Shown here one piece after another: positions 52,875 through 61,897 of a stretch of DNA of 64,000 nucleotides. Source of the DNA: Blastocatellia bacterium (GTDB lineage Bacteria > Acidobacteriota > Blastocatellia > HR10); the NCBI GenBank assembly GCA_025055075.1, contig JANWYV010000035.1, forward strand, positions 11,163-75,162, in the 5' to 3' direction. How positions within the stretch are numbered: the first letter of the stretch is position 1; the number at the start of each line of letters is the position of its first letter. The translations under genes and the position numbers were made by a program. Below the pieces are notes generated by a model that was not told the DNA's origin, did no database searches, and saw nothing but the letters and a program-made list of their open reading frames with translations.

Positions 52875-54026
52875 ATGAGCAGAGGTCTTTGGCGTCGCAT
52901 GCGACACTGGTTCGTTCACGAGCTAGCCGTGGATCTGGGCACGGCCAATACGCTGATCTACGGTCGCGGGCGCGGTCTCCTAGTGCGCGAACCGTCAGTC
53001 GTCGCCGTCAACAAGTACACGGGCGCGCTCGTGGCCGCCGGACGCGACGCGTTGATGATGCTCGGGCGCGAGCCGCGCGACGTCGTCGTGCAATATCCGA
53101 TGCGCGACGGCACGGTCGCCGACGATCATCTCGCGACTCTGATGCTCGGAGCCTTTTTGAAGCGCGCTGGCGCGCAGGGCTTCGGACAGCGGATCCACGT
53201 TCTCGTGGGCGTTCCCAGTTCGGCGACCGATGTCGAACGGATGGCTGTGCGAGAGATCGTTCACCGAGCGGGTGCCGATCGCATCCAGCTCATCGAGGAA
53301 GGATTGGCCGTGGCCTTGGGCATCGAACTCCCCTTGTGGGATGGACACGCGCATATGATCGTAGACATCGGCGGCGGGACGACAGGGGTGAGCGTCGTCT
53401 CCGCTCATGGGCTGATCGTCGCGCGCGCTTTACGAATCGCTGGAAACGAGATGACCGAGGCGATCTTGGACTACGTGCAGCAGGAGCGCGGACTGCTCAT
53501 CGGGCGACACGTGGCGGAAGAGGCTAAGCTCGCGTGTGCCTCGGCGCTTCCCTTCGTCGTTGGAGGGCGAAAGCGCCTGTTGGGGAAATCGGTGGTCACG
53601 GGCGAACTGGAGGAGATCGAGGTGACGGCTGAGGAAATCGCGCGCGCCATCGAGCGCCCAATCCGGATGATCGTCAACGCGGTGCGCACGGTCATCGAAG
53701 CTGTTCCTCCGGAGGTCGCCGCTGATATTCAGCGCTTTGGAATCGTCTTGACGGGAGGCGGGTCGCTCATCCGGCACTTGGATGACCGCCTGCGCGAGGA
53801 GCTGGATCTTCCGATCTCCCGCGCGGAACGACCGCTGGAGGCCGTGATCCTGGGTATGGCGAAGCTCCTCGAACGTCCGGAGCTGTGGGAGCAATTTCGC
53901 GTCGACTCTCCTTCGCCCGCGTGGGAGGAGACGATCCTCCCAGAAGACGCGCGCCCCTCTTCGCTGATTCCGATCTCCACGCGGACACAAGAACGTCCAC
54001 GCCGTCGGCATGCGCTGCGAGGATGA
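52875..54026 (+). CDS. MreB/Mbl-family actin-like ATPase with about 50-aa C-terminal extension; no mreCD downstream
   Basis: phosphate-1 DLGTANTLIY, EPSVVAV, IVDIGGGTTGVSVVS, GIVLTGGGSLIRHLD; N-terminus aligns with E. coli MreB. Confidence 0.75.
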   Translation: MSRGLWRRMRHWFVHELAVDLGTANTLIYGRGRGLLVREPSVVAVNKYTGALVAAGRDALMMLGREPRDVVVQYPMRDGTVADDHLATLMLGAFLKRAGAQGFGQRIHVLVGVPSSATDVERMAVREIVHRAGADRIQLIEEGLAVALGIELPLWDGHAHMIVDIGGGTTGVSVVSAHGLIVARALRIAGNEMTEAILDYVQQERGLLIGRHVAEEAKLACASALPFVVGGRKRLLGKSVVTGELEEIEVTAEEIARAIERPIRMIVNAVRTVIEAVPPEVAADIQRFGIVLTGGGSLIRHLDDRLREELDLPISRAERPLEAVILGMAKLLERPELWEQFRVDSPSPAWEETILPEDARPSSLIPISTRTQERPRRRHALRG

Positions 54027-54032
54027 AGTCTC

Positions 54033-54815
54033 TCATCCCCCCAACTGCCGCATCAAAACCTCTCGAATGAGAGCAACCCCCATTTGGGCGAGCACGCCGA
54101 ATCCCCACACCGGGAGCACGATGGCCATAGCCGTCGAGCGAGAACACCGACAGAGCGCGCTGATTCCTCCAATGAGGACCGCTAGGTACCACACTTCGAA
54201 GACATTCGCCTGCTCGGCGAGCGCTGCCAGAGCCGCCTCCGAAGGGCGGACGAAGGCATCCAGTCCGATCGCCGGACGCAGCATGATCTCGCCCGTGAGG
54301 AGATAACGAAGCCAGAGGAGGAGATGGCGTAGCCCCTCCTCGAGCAACAGAACGATGTTCGCGGCGACGACCAGTGCGAAGAGCTTCTTCATCGGAGCCA
54401 GACGTACGCTCTCCCCATCGGCGCGCACCATCGGGCGAAGCACAAGCAGCCCCATGCCGAAGAGGAACGCCGCGGTGAACGCCCACTTGAGGAGTAGCGT
54501 GAGCGGGGAGAGGAGGATCTGAATCGGGCGCATGATCCGCGCCGTCTGCTCCAATTGCATCAACATGTCCGGGCTCAATCCGACCGGCGCCATCTGGGGG
54601 ACGGCCCGAAGAAAAAGCGGGAGAGCGAGAAAATCCATCGCCATGAGCGCGCCGATGATCACAACAGCCGGAAATCGCCAGTTGGCGCGTCCCTCGTCAA
54701 TGGCCGATGCCAAATCGCGTGGCGCCCAGAGCGCTCGAGCGAAAAGACGCAGGGAAATGGTGGCCGATGATTCGTTCACGTTCGATCTCCTCCGATGAGC
54801 TCTCTCCCACTTCAT
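54033..54815 (-). CDS. hypothetical polytopic membrane protein (possibly Yip1-like)
   Basis: multiple hydrophobic helices; start chosen at MKWERA; low-complexity N-terminal extension in the track ORF. Confidence 0.35.
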   Translation of the reverse strand: MKWERAHRRRSNVNESSATISLRLFARALWAPRDLASAIDEGRANWRFPAVVIIGALMAMDFLALPLFLRAVPQMAPVGLSPDMLMQLEQTARIMRPIQILLSPLTLLLKWAFTAAFLFGMGLLVLRPMVRADGESVRLAPMKKLFALVVAANIVLLLEEGLRHLLLWLRYLLTGEIMLRPAIGLDAFVRPSEAALAALAEQANVFEVWYLAVLIGGISALCRCSRSTAMAIVLPVWGFGVLAQMGVALIREVLMRQLGG

Positions 54816-55342
54816 CGCACGAATTCGCGAACGCGCGCGAGCGTATACTCCTGACTTCGCTCTCCCGCGCGCCGATCGTGAATCACCCCCCGCTCGGTGA
54901 TGAGGAACACGAGCGGAACGGCCATGAGCCAATCCCGATGCCGCTCAGCGAATGCCGGATCTGCGCTCACGGCGATCATCATGCGACGAAAGGCCCGCGT
55001 GCGCTGCCACGCATAGGTCTGTTCTTCCGAACCGAAGGAGAGGGCCACGCAATCGAGCTTCTCCACAGGGATCTCCACGCACACGCGCTCCAACCGTCCC
55101 AACTCGTTCTCGCATTGCGGGCAATCGGGTCGAAAGAGGACGAGGAGCGTCTTCCGCCCCGAGGGCACGCGCTGCAGCTCGAACGACCGATTGAGCGCGC
55201 GCACGGTGATCGAGGGGAACGTCCGGCCTGGACCGAGAGCGCGCTCTCGCTCGAGGGAATGGCGCAGGAGAACGAGGAACGCGATGAGGAGTCCCAAAGC
55301 CGTCCCGATGATGAACAGCGCTAGGAGTCGTCGTCCGCTCAT
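54812..55342 (-). CDS. thioredoxin-fold redoxin (TlpA/AhpC-TSA-like) with N-terminal TM anchor
   Basis: CPQC active-site motif in LVLFRPDCPQCENE; 4-nt overlap with neighbouring genes. Confidence 0.6.
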   Translation of the reverse strand: MSGRRLLALFIIGTALGLLIAFLVLLRHSLERERALGPGRTFPSITVRALNRSFELQRVPSGRKTLLVLFRPDCPQCENELGRLERVCVEIPVEKLDCVALSFGSEEQTYAWQRTRAFRRMMIAVSADPAFAERHRDWLMAVPLVFLITERGVIHDRRAGERSQEYTLARVREFVR

Positions 55343-55980
55343 CGCCCGGCGATCTCTTCAAAAGGCGACTCGTCGCTCGCGGCTGGTGCCGTCTCGATCG
55401 GCGCGCGGTCGCGCGGTGCCTGAGTCGCGAGCGCACGGCTTCGGTTGCTCACCGTTTGGATCACCCCGTAGGGGACCAAATGCATCGTACCATCCTCGTC
55501 GCGCAACTTCACCATGCGCATCCCCATCTCGACCACTTCGCCGGTGACGCCCGCAATGGTGACGCGATCGCCGATGGTGAACGCATCCTCAATGAGGAGG
55601 GCGATGCCCGTGAAGAAATCGCGAATCAGATTCTGCGCGCCGAAGGTCACGGCTAGCCCGGCGATCGCCCCTCCCGTGAGCAAGGATCCGGTGGAGACCC
55701 CCAACCGCCCCAGGATGATGAGGAACGCCGCGACCACAATGACGTACTTCAGCAAGCTCTGCAACATCATCAGGAGCGTGCGCGCGCGACGCTCCGCGGC
55801 CTCGCTCGTGATCATCCGCCCTTCCACCGGTCGCAGGATACGCGCCAGGATCTTTCGGCCAAGCAGCAAGGCGAGTCGCGCCAAGACCAGGATCAGGGCG
55901 ATCTCCATGAGCTTGACGATCACGCGAAGCCACAACTCGATGGAGATGAGACGCTCCCAGAAAGGCTCGATCACGTTCAT
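55339..55980 (-). CDS. mechanosensitive ion channel, MscS family (short)
   Basis: MscS TM3/beta-domain sequence [38 protein letters not shown]. Confidence 0.7.
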   Translation of the reverse strand: MNVIEPFWERLISIELWLRVIVKLMEIALILVLARLALLLGRKILARILRPVEGRMITSEAAERRARTLLMMLQSLLKYVIVVAAFLIILGRLGVSTGSLLTGGAIAGLAVTFGAQNLIRDFFTGIALLIEDAFTIGDRVTIAGVTGEVVEMGMRMVKLRDEDGTMHLVPYGVIQTVSNRSRALATQAPRDRAPIETAPAASDESPFEEIAGR

Positions 55981-56564
55981 CGCTCCGATCTCGCTTCAGC
56001 TGGGGCGATGCCCGGGACAAAGCACTTTCGACAACGTGGCTCGTAGACGCCCGCGGCGCCGACGAGCACGCGCTCATCGCTTGGGACTAACCGTTGCGAA
56101 TAGTTCGCCGGATTGCCGCATCGAACGCAGATGGCGAGCGTCTTGGTCACGTATTCGGCGATGGCCATCAGTTGCGGCATCGGCTCGAACGGTTGCCCGC
56201 GATAATCCTGATCGAGTCCCGCCACGATCACCCGCTTGCCGCGATTGGCCAATTCATTGCACACGTCCACCAGCTCGAGATCGAAGAACTGTCCCTCGTC
56301 AATGCCGACGACCTCCGTATCCGCATGCACGCGTTCGAGGATCTCGCGGGCGGAATTGACGACCTCCGCCTCCAACCTCCATTGACTGTGGGAGACGATC
56401 TCATGCTCGCTATACCGGGCATCCACGCGAGGCTTGAAAACCTGAACCTTCTGCCGCGCGATCTGCGCGCGCCGCAGTCGGCGGATCAGCTCCTCGCTCT
56501 TCCCACTGAACATCCCCCCGCTGATCACTTCGATCCATCCCACATCGCCTCGGACGATGTTCAT
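55977..56564 (-). CDS. tdk: thymidine kinase (start [13 protein letters not shown])
   Basis: P-loop [14 protein letters not shown] and C-terminal zinc-binding CxxC..CxxC; GGAGG RBS. Confidence 0.85.
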   Translation of the reverse strand: MNIVRGDVGWIEVISGGMFSGKSEELIRRLRRAQIARQKVQVFKPRVDARYSEHEIVSHSQWRLEAEVVNSAREILERVHADTEVVGIDEGQFFDLELVDVCNELANRGKRVIVAGLDQDYRGQPFEPMPQLMAIAEYVTKTLAICVRCGNPANYSQRLVPSDERVLVGAAGVYEPRCRKCFVPGIAPAEARSER

Positions 56565-56615
56565 CTCCCCTTCCCCTCCGGCGGGAAATTCTAGCACACC
56601 GCGGGCGCGCCGCTC

Positions 56616-58319
56616 TCACGGTCGAGCGCCGGACCGCTCGTAGACGATTCGTCCTCCCACGATCGTCATGTCCACTTCCGTCCGCAAGATCTCCGATGGG
56701 GGGATCGTCATGATGTCCCGAGAGAGGACGACCAGATCGGCTAACTTCCCCGGCTCCAGCGAGCCCTTCAAATGGTCCTCGAAGGCCGCATATGCCGCAT
56801 CGAGCGTGAACGAGCGCAACGCTTCTTCGCGCGTCATCCGCTGCTCGGGATACCAACCGTTCGGAGGATTCCCCCGCTCATCTTGTCGCGTGATCGCGGC
56901 GTAAAATCCGAGCAGCGGATTCAGCGGTTCGACGGGAGCGTCCGAGCCATTGGCGATGCGCGCGCCGCTCGCGAGCAATTTTCGCCACACGTAGGCGCCT
57001 TCGCGCGTTCGCGCTTCCCCAAGGCGAGCCGGTACCCATGGCATGTCCGATGTCGCGTGGATCGCTTGCATCGAGGCGATCACACCGAGCTGAGCGAATC
57101 GCGGGATGTCCGCCTCGTCTAAGATCTGCGCGTGCTCGATCCGAAAGCGGTGATCCCGCACGTTCGGGAATTCGCGGAAGGCGCGCTCGTAAGCGTTGAG
57201 GACGACGCGATTGGCTCGATCGCCGATGGCGTGCGTGTTGACTTGAAATCCGGCGGCGAGCGCCTGTCGGGCGATGCGATAAATCTCCTCCTCGGAGAGG
57301 ATGAGCAATCCCGTGTGTCCAGGTTCGTCCGCATATGGCTCCAAAAGCGCCGCGCCGCGCGATCCGAGGGCTCCGTCGGCGACGAGCTTGATCGCGCGAA
57401 TCGTCAATTGATGATCGCCGAGACCGATCTCCGGCCCGCGTTGCAAATACTCGCGCAGCAGCGCTTCATCTCGCCCGCTGATCATCACGTAGAGCCGAAG
57501 CGTCAGCTTCCCCTCCCGCAGCAATTCCTTGTACAACTCGATGGCTTCGCGGCTCGCCCCGGCATCGTGAAAGCTCGTGATTCCCGAGCGCAAGCACTCC
57601 TCGATGGCCAATAGGATCGCCCGCTTGTTCTCCTCGCGGCTGCGCGGGGGGATATGGCGCGCCACCAGATTCATCGCTCGATCTATGAGCACGCCTGTTG
57701 GACGTCCCTGGGCATCGCGAATCACGCGTCCGCCTGGCGGATCGGCCGTCTCGCGCGTGATGCCCGCTATCTCCAACGCGCGCCGATTCGCCCAGGCGGC
57801 ATGTCCATCCACGCGCGTCAGGTACACGGGATTCTGCGGCGCGACGCGATCCAATACCTCATGCGTGGGGAACTCGCGCGTCGGCCATTCGTTTTGATCC
57901 CACCCGCGACCGAGGATCCACTCCCCAGGCGACGCTTCCTTCACTTTTTGCGCAACACGTTGAGCGACCTCTTCGGCGCTTTTGGCCCCGCGGAGATCGA
58001 GGATGAGCCGGCTCTGCCCGAGCCCCAACAGATGTCCGTGCGACTCGATGAAGCCCGGCACGACGAGCCGTCCGTTCAACTCGATGACGCGCGTCCCCGG
58101 ACCGATCAGCGTTTCGACCTCGCGGGCGCTTCCGACTCGAGCGATCCGAGACCCAATGATCGCAATCGCTTCCGCCTGTGGCTGCTTCGGATTCATCGTC
58201 ACGATCTTCCCCCCGCGCAAGACGAGGTCCGCCCTCTCTTGAGCGAGCGTCCTCGCGCTCGCGAGCGCGAGGAGAAGGAACACGCCCCATTGCCATTTTC
58301 GATCCTTCATCTCCCTTTC
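56616..58319 (-). CDS. amidohydrolase 3 family (YtcJ-like) metal-dependent hydrolase with signal peptide (start MKDRKWQWGVFLLL)
   Basis: HGH metal motif (ESHGHLLGLG), amidohydrolase_3 sequence throughout; N-terminal 160 aa of the track ORF is low-complexity overrun. Confidence 0.8.
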   Translation of the reverse strand, partial: EREMKDRKWQWGVFLLLALASARTLAQERADLVLRGGKIVTMNPKQPQAEAIAIIGSRIARVGSAREVETLIGPGTRVIELNGRLVVPGFIESHGHLLGLGQSRLILDLRGAKSAEEVAQRVAQKVKEASPGEWILGRGWDQNEWPTREFPTHEVLDRVAPQNPVYLTRVDGHAAWANRRALEIAGITRETADPPGGRVIRDAQGRPTGVLIDRAMNLVARHIPPRSREENKRAILLAIEECLRSGITSFHDAGASREAIELYKELLREGKLTLRLYVMISGRDEALLREYLQRGPEIGLGDHQLTIRAIKLVADGALGSRGAALLEPYADEPGHTGLLILSEEEIYRIARQALAAGFQVNTHAIGDRANRVVLNAYERAFREFPNVRDHRFRIEHAQILDEADIPRFAQLGVIASMQAIHATSDMPWVPARLGEARTREGAYVWRKLLASGARIANGSDAPVEPLNPLLGFYAAITRQDERGNPPNGWYPEQRMTREEALRSFTLDAAYAAFEDHLKGSLEPGKLADLVVLSRDIMTIPPSEILRTEVDMTIVGGRIVYERSGARP

Positions 58320-58414
58320 CTCCTCACGAGAACGTTCGCTCCCTTTCACGCTTGGGCGAAGCGGCGAAATGTCGGCGCTCGGGCGCGCGAACGAAGCCGC
58401 ACGCGCATCGAAGA

Positions 58415-59497
58415 TCATGCGCAGCCGCCCGAAGCGTCCTCCGCCTTCCCCCAAAAGAGATCGCGATAGGTCTTCGCCGTTTTCAATCGGCTCTCGGCCA
58501 GACGATCGGCGACCACATTCGTCGGAAGGCCCTCGCGCTCGGCGAGCGCCAGGATCTCCCGCACGCGTTCGTAAATCTTCCTCACCTCGGCCTCGTTCTC
58601 TCGCTGCCCCCGCAAATAGAGATTCGCCCCGTGAATGAGGGCTCCGGCGTTGATCACGTAATCCGGGGCATACAGGATGCCGCGTTCTCGAAGCCTCCAT
58701 CCGAGCGCTTCCTCCGCGAGCACATTGTTGGCCGAACCAGCGACAATGTGAGCGCGCAATTGGGCGATCGTTCGTTCGGTGAGAACACCTCCAACAGCAC
58801 AAGGGCAGAAGACATCAGCGGGCGCATCGTAGATCTCCTGGGGAGGGACGATCCGAGCGCCAAACGCTCGCTCGGCCGCCCGCGCCCGCCGCTCATCCAC
58901 GTCGGCGATGATCAAACGCGCTCCGGCTTCATAAAGCCGCCGGGCGATCGCCCAACCAACGCTTCCCACTCCTTGCACGGCGATCGTGAGCCCAGCGAAG
59001 GGGTTTCCCGCCCGAGCTCCCATCCAATGCTCCACGCACGCGCGCATTCCTTCGATCACGCCGAGCGCCGTGTACTCGTCGGCCTCTGCGCCCTCACACC
59101 CAATGTATTGGGTCTCCTCGCGGAGGATCCGTACGTCTTCCTCCGTCAAGCCGAGATCGCGTCCCGTTTGGAACCGTCCTCCTAAACTCTCGATGAACCG
59201 TCCCAGCGCGCGCATGGCCGAAGCACGATCCCACTCCGGATGCTCGATCACCACCGCCTTCCCACCCCCGCACGGGAGATCGGCCATCGCCGCCTTATAA
59301 CTCATCGCGCGAGCGAGTCGAAGGGCGTCCTCCAAAGCCTCGACGTCGCTCGCATATGGACGAACGCGAATTCCGCCGAGCGCCGGCCCCCGCGTCGTAT
59401 CATGGATGACGATGAAGGCTCGCAGGCCAGAAGCATTATTGTTGAGGGCGATCACCTGCTCGAAATCATGCGCCCGTATCGCGTCCCAAATCGTCAT
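58415..59497 (-). CDS. Glu/Leu/Phe/Val dehydrogenase family, leucine (branched-chain amino acid) dehydrogenase-like
   Basis: aligns with Bacillus LeuDH (HDTTRGPALGGIRV, catalytic Lys region GGGKAVV, NAD-binding GVGSVG). Confidence 0.8.
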   Translation of the reverse strand: MTIWDAIRAHDFEQVIALNNNASGLRAFIVIHDTTRGPALGGIRVRPYASDVEALEDALRLARAMSYKAAMADLPCGGGKAVVIEHPEWDRASAMRALGRFIESLGGRFQTGRDLGLTEEDVRILREETQYIGCEGAEADEYTALGVIEGMRACVEHWMGARAGNPFAGLTIAVQGVGSVGWAIARRLYEAGARLIIADVDERRARAAERAFGARIVPPQEIYDAPADVFCPCAVGGVLTERTIAQLRAHIVAGSANNVLAEEALGWRLRERGILYAPDYVINAGALIHGANLYLRGQRENEAEVRKIYERVREILALAEREGLPTNVVADRLAESRLKTAKTYRDLFWGKAEDASGGCA

Positions 59498-61220
59498 GCG
59501 CATCTTCCTCCTGACCACCGCTCGCCCGCGGGCTCAACGGCTTCTGCCGTTCGAGCAGGAGAAGTCGAACGCGCGAATCAGCGCGGGGGAACACTCGGTC
59601 CGAGACAACTCTCCATCCTTCTCGCTCAACGTCAACGAGCTTCGCCACCTTGAACAACGGCGACCGATAGTCGAGCACAAGCCACACGCGGGCACTCTGC
59701 GCGCGTTGCAGATCTTCGCGAAGCGGCAAATGGGGAAGATCGCTCGGAGGGAGCGCGCGCGAAATCGGCGTCCCCCGCAACTCGTATCGCAAACACCGAT
59801 CCAAGTATTCGGGATCAACCACGATCGGCTCCCCTTTCCGCCACTCCTGCCGCAGCACCGCGGCCACAGGCCGATAATCGCTATCAAACGAAGGCGCGCG
59901 ATAATGTGCCTTCAGACCGAGGATCATCGAAAGACTCAACAGCCCAGTGGCAAGCCATCGCTTCCAAGCGGCGCGCACGCTCATGATTCCGGCCGCGAGC
60001 AGCAAAAAGTAATACGGCGTGATCAGCATCAAATAGCGCCCAAGGTCCATGTATTGCTGGATGACCAAGAGTACGCCGCAAATCAAGCCCAACGGAAGGA
60101 AGAAACAGGCTTGCAGCACTCCCGCCCCCGTCGCCCTCCGTACGCCTCTCCAGAGGAGGAAAACCCCCAATCCAATGGCAAGCGGATACAGCGAGAGCTG
60201 TTCCAAAGCGCGCAGGACCATCTCCGTGTTCCAACGGTACTCCGCGAGGTTCTTCAGGGCATAGTAGACCCCCTGAGGGTAAACGAACGAGCCGACCACC
60301 ATCTCCCCGCAAAAGAGGAAGAACTCCCCAACGAGCACGAGACCATCGAGCGGCGGACGCCACCCCTGCCGAGGACGCGAGAAGACTTGATAGACGAACG
60401 TCGTCAGCCACGGCCCATACAGAATCACTAGACCGAGTTGCCATAGCCCCCACCGGCGCAAAGAGGACCAATAGGAATGAGGAAGCACACCGCGACGGGC
60501 CCGGCGCATGACCAGACCAAGGAAATGTAGGTTCATGGCCGCGAGCACTAGCGCGCCGAAGACGTGCGTATAGAGCGCAAGTGCACCTGAGAACATGTAG
60601 CCGAAGGCCTCGCGCCAATCCGCGCGCGCCTGCTCTTCACGAGGATGGACGACTTGCACGCCTAGACCTCGCCCGACGTCGGTCGAGTCCGATTCAGATG
60701 CTCTCGGAAGCCATCCTTCCTGGCGAAGGAAACGCACGTAAGCCAAGGCTGCCCCAAGAACGAGCGCACTCACCAAGGCATACATCCGCGCTTCCTGTGC
60801 GTAGAAGATCTGATGTGGAGAGAGCGCCAGAAGAAACGCCGCCAGTAACGCAGCACGACGAGAGAGGATCTGCCGTCCCAGCCAATATGTTCCCGCGACG
60901 AGTCCGACGCTCGCCAAAAGCGAAGGAGTGCGCAGCGCTGCCGGACTATCGCCGAAAAATGTTGCCCAATACTTCAACACGATGTGCAAAAACGGCGGAT
61001 GAATATTGCTCCGCCCTTCCTCGAGGATGAAGCGAAGCGGCTGCTGCGACACGAACCAGGACCACGCTTCATCGAACCACAGGTTTCGCGCTCCCAAATG
61101 GCTCACTCGAAGGATGACCGCAAGAAGAAGGGCGAGCCAAAAGCCCAGCGTCATGAGATCGGCTCGCCGTTCCCGAACCATCCTTTCGTCCACGCGCGTC
61201 AACATGACTCTCATCATCAT
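59466..61220 (-). CDS. glycosyltransferase family 39/83-like (PMT/ArnT-type) polytopic membrane protein
   Basis: N-terminal WFDEAWSW (DE motif) and 10+ TM segments; 3' end overlaps LeuDH-like start by about 30 nt. Confidence 0.65.
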   Translation of the reverse strand: MMMRVMLTRVDERMVRERRADLMTLGFWLALLLAVILRVSHLGARNLWFDEAWSWFVSQQPLRFILEEGRSNIHPPFLHIVLKYWATFFGDSPAALRTPSLLASVGLVAGTYWLGRQILSRRAALLAAFLLALSPHQIFYAQEARMYALVSALVLGAALAYVRFLRQEGWLPRASESDSTDVGRGLGVQVVHPREEQARADWREAFGYMFSGALALYTHVFGALVLAAMNLHFLGLVMRRARRGVLPHSYWSSLRRWGLWQLGLVILYGPWLTTFVYQVFSRPRQGWRPPLDGLVLVGEFFLFCGEMVVGSFVYPQGVYYALKNLAEYRWNTEMVLRALEQLSLYPLAIGLGVFLLWRGVRRATGAGVLQACFFLPLGLICGVLLVIQQYMDLGRYLMLITPYYFLLLAAGIMSVRAAWKRWLATGLLSLSMILGLKAHYRAPSFDSDYRPVAAVLRQEWRKGEPIVVDPEYLDRCLRYELRGTPISRALPPSDLPHLPLREDLQRAQSARVWLVLDYRSPLFKVAKLVDVEREGWRVVSDRVFPRADSRVRLLLLERQKPLSPRASGGQEEDAHDDLGRDTGA

Positions 61221-61600
61221 TCCTCGCCGCCCCGCGACATGCGCACTCCCGCATTATGTCCATCTCCCCCTTTGCTTTTCAAGGCACGCCGATTGGAACG
61301 AAAAAGAGCCGATACCGCTTCCCGACATTCTGGCCTTAATGGCCTAGCGCCGTACCACTTCATCGGCTCCCATTGAGTCACACCGCAGATGAGAGGACCT
61401 TCTTGAACCACCTGGTGGCGCAGGCGCGGCTGGCCCGAGCCCTGCACGCACCGTCCTCGAGTCCTACACTCTATGCGTTCATACGTCGCATCATCGGCAC
61501 GGATCTGGAAGACGGTGAGAAGAGGCGTTCACTTGGTCGCACCGGAAGGATCACGTCCTCATGTTCATAAGGGCGATTTAGAGGGGGCTAAAAACTTTCA

Positions 61601-61629
61601 ATTTGCATTTGCGCACATTTCGTGTAAGC
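61601..61629 (+). promoter_or_regulatory. candidate promoter for the cimA leader (TTTGCA/TTGCAT - 16-17 nt - TAAGCT preceded by TG)
   Basis: AT-richer stretch about 20 nt upstream of the leader-peptide ATG; weak match to consensus. Confidence 0.25.
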
Positions 61630-61647
61630 TTTTCCCTTGCGAGTTTC

Positions 61648-61785
61648 TATGCAAGGCCAGGTCGGGACAAAGGGAGTATGGGAACGATGCCGGGCGCAAG
61701 GTCCTGGCCTTAGTGGTCCCGATCGCACGTTTCCCCTCGCCATTATCATTCGCCTCATTATACTGCCCGCGTCGGGCAGCGGGTG
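61648..61785 (+). CDS. 45-codon attenuator leader peptide MQGQVGTKGVWERCRAQGPGLSGPDRTFPLAIIIRLIILPASGSG (Ile/Leu regulatory codon run)
   Basis: ATG 61648 to TGA 61783-61785; codons 61741-61764 ATT ATC ATT CGC CTC ATT ATA CTG; below ORF-track size cutoff; no obvious SD. Confidence 0.55.
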
Positions 61786-61856
61786 ATGGCTCCAGCCATC
61801 ACGGAGGGCGCAAGGGCCATTATCCGCTGCCAACGGATAATGGCCCTTGCGATTTT
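61762..61856 (+). promoter_or_regulatory. transcription attenuator: pause/anti-antiterminator hairpins (61762-61778, 61782-61801), antiterminator (61776-61789 paired with 61815-61828) and terminator
   Basis: mutually exclusive helices verified base by base; leader stop codon lies inside the antiterminator 5' strand. Confidence 0.55.
61809..61856 (+). terminator. intrinsic terminator: perfect 17-bp stem GCAAGGGCCAUUAUCCG/CGGAUAAUGGCCCUUGC, 7-nt loop, UUUUU
   Basis: perfect inverted repeat 61809-61825 / 61833-61849 followed by TTTTT 61852-61856, 40 nt upstream of cimA ATG. Confidence 0.65.
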
Positions 61857-61897
61857 TAGGAGATCGCCTTCGCTTGGAGAAAGGAGGTCGGAAGGAC

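Noticed and set aside
59466-59497. About 32-nt co-directional overlap between the GT39-like gene and the LeuDH-like gene
   Set aside because: Probably reflects an uncertain LeuDH start (M1, M6 or M8 of the ORF) or a low-complexity C-terminal tail of the glycosyltransferase, not a feature in itself.
61473-61859. 128-aa plus-strand ORF spanning the cimA leader
   Set aside because: Different frame from the Ile-rich leader peptide; it runs through the terminator hairpin and has no coding features. The regulatory leader ORF (61648-61785) is the meaningful reading.
61700-61860. Possible T-box riboswitch upstream of cimA
   Set aside because: No match to the T-box consensus (AAUUAGGGUGGNACCGCG) and no specifier-loop architecture; the leader-peptide attenuator explains the structure.
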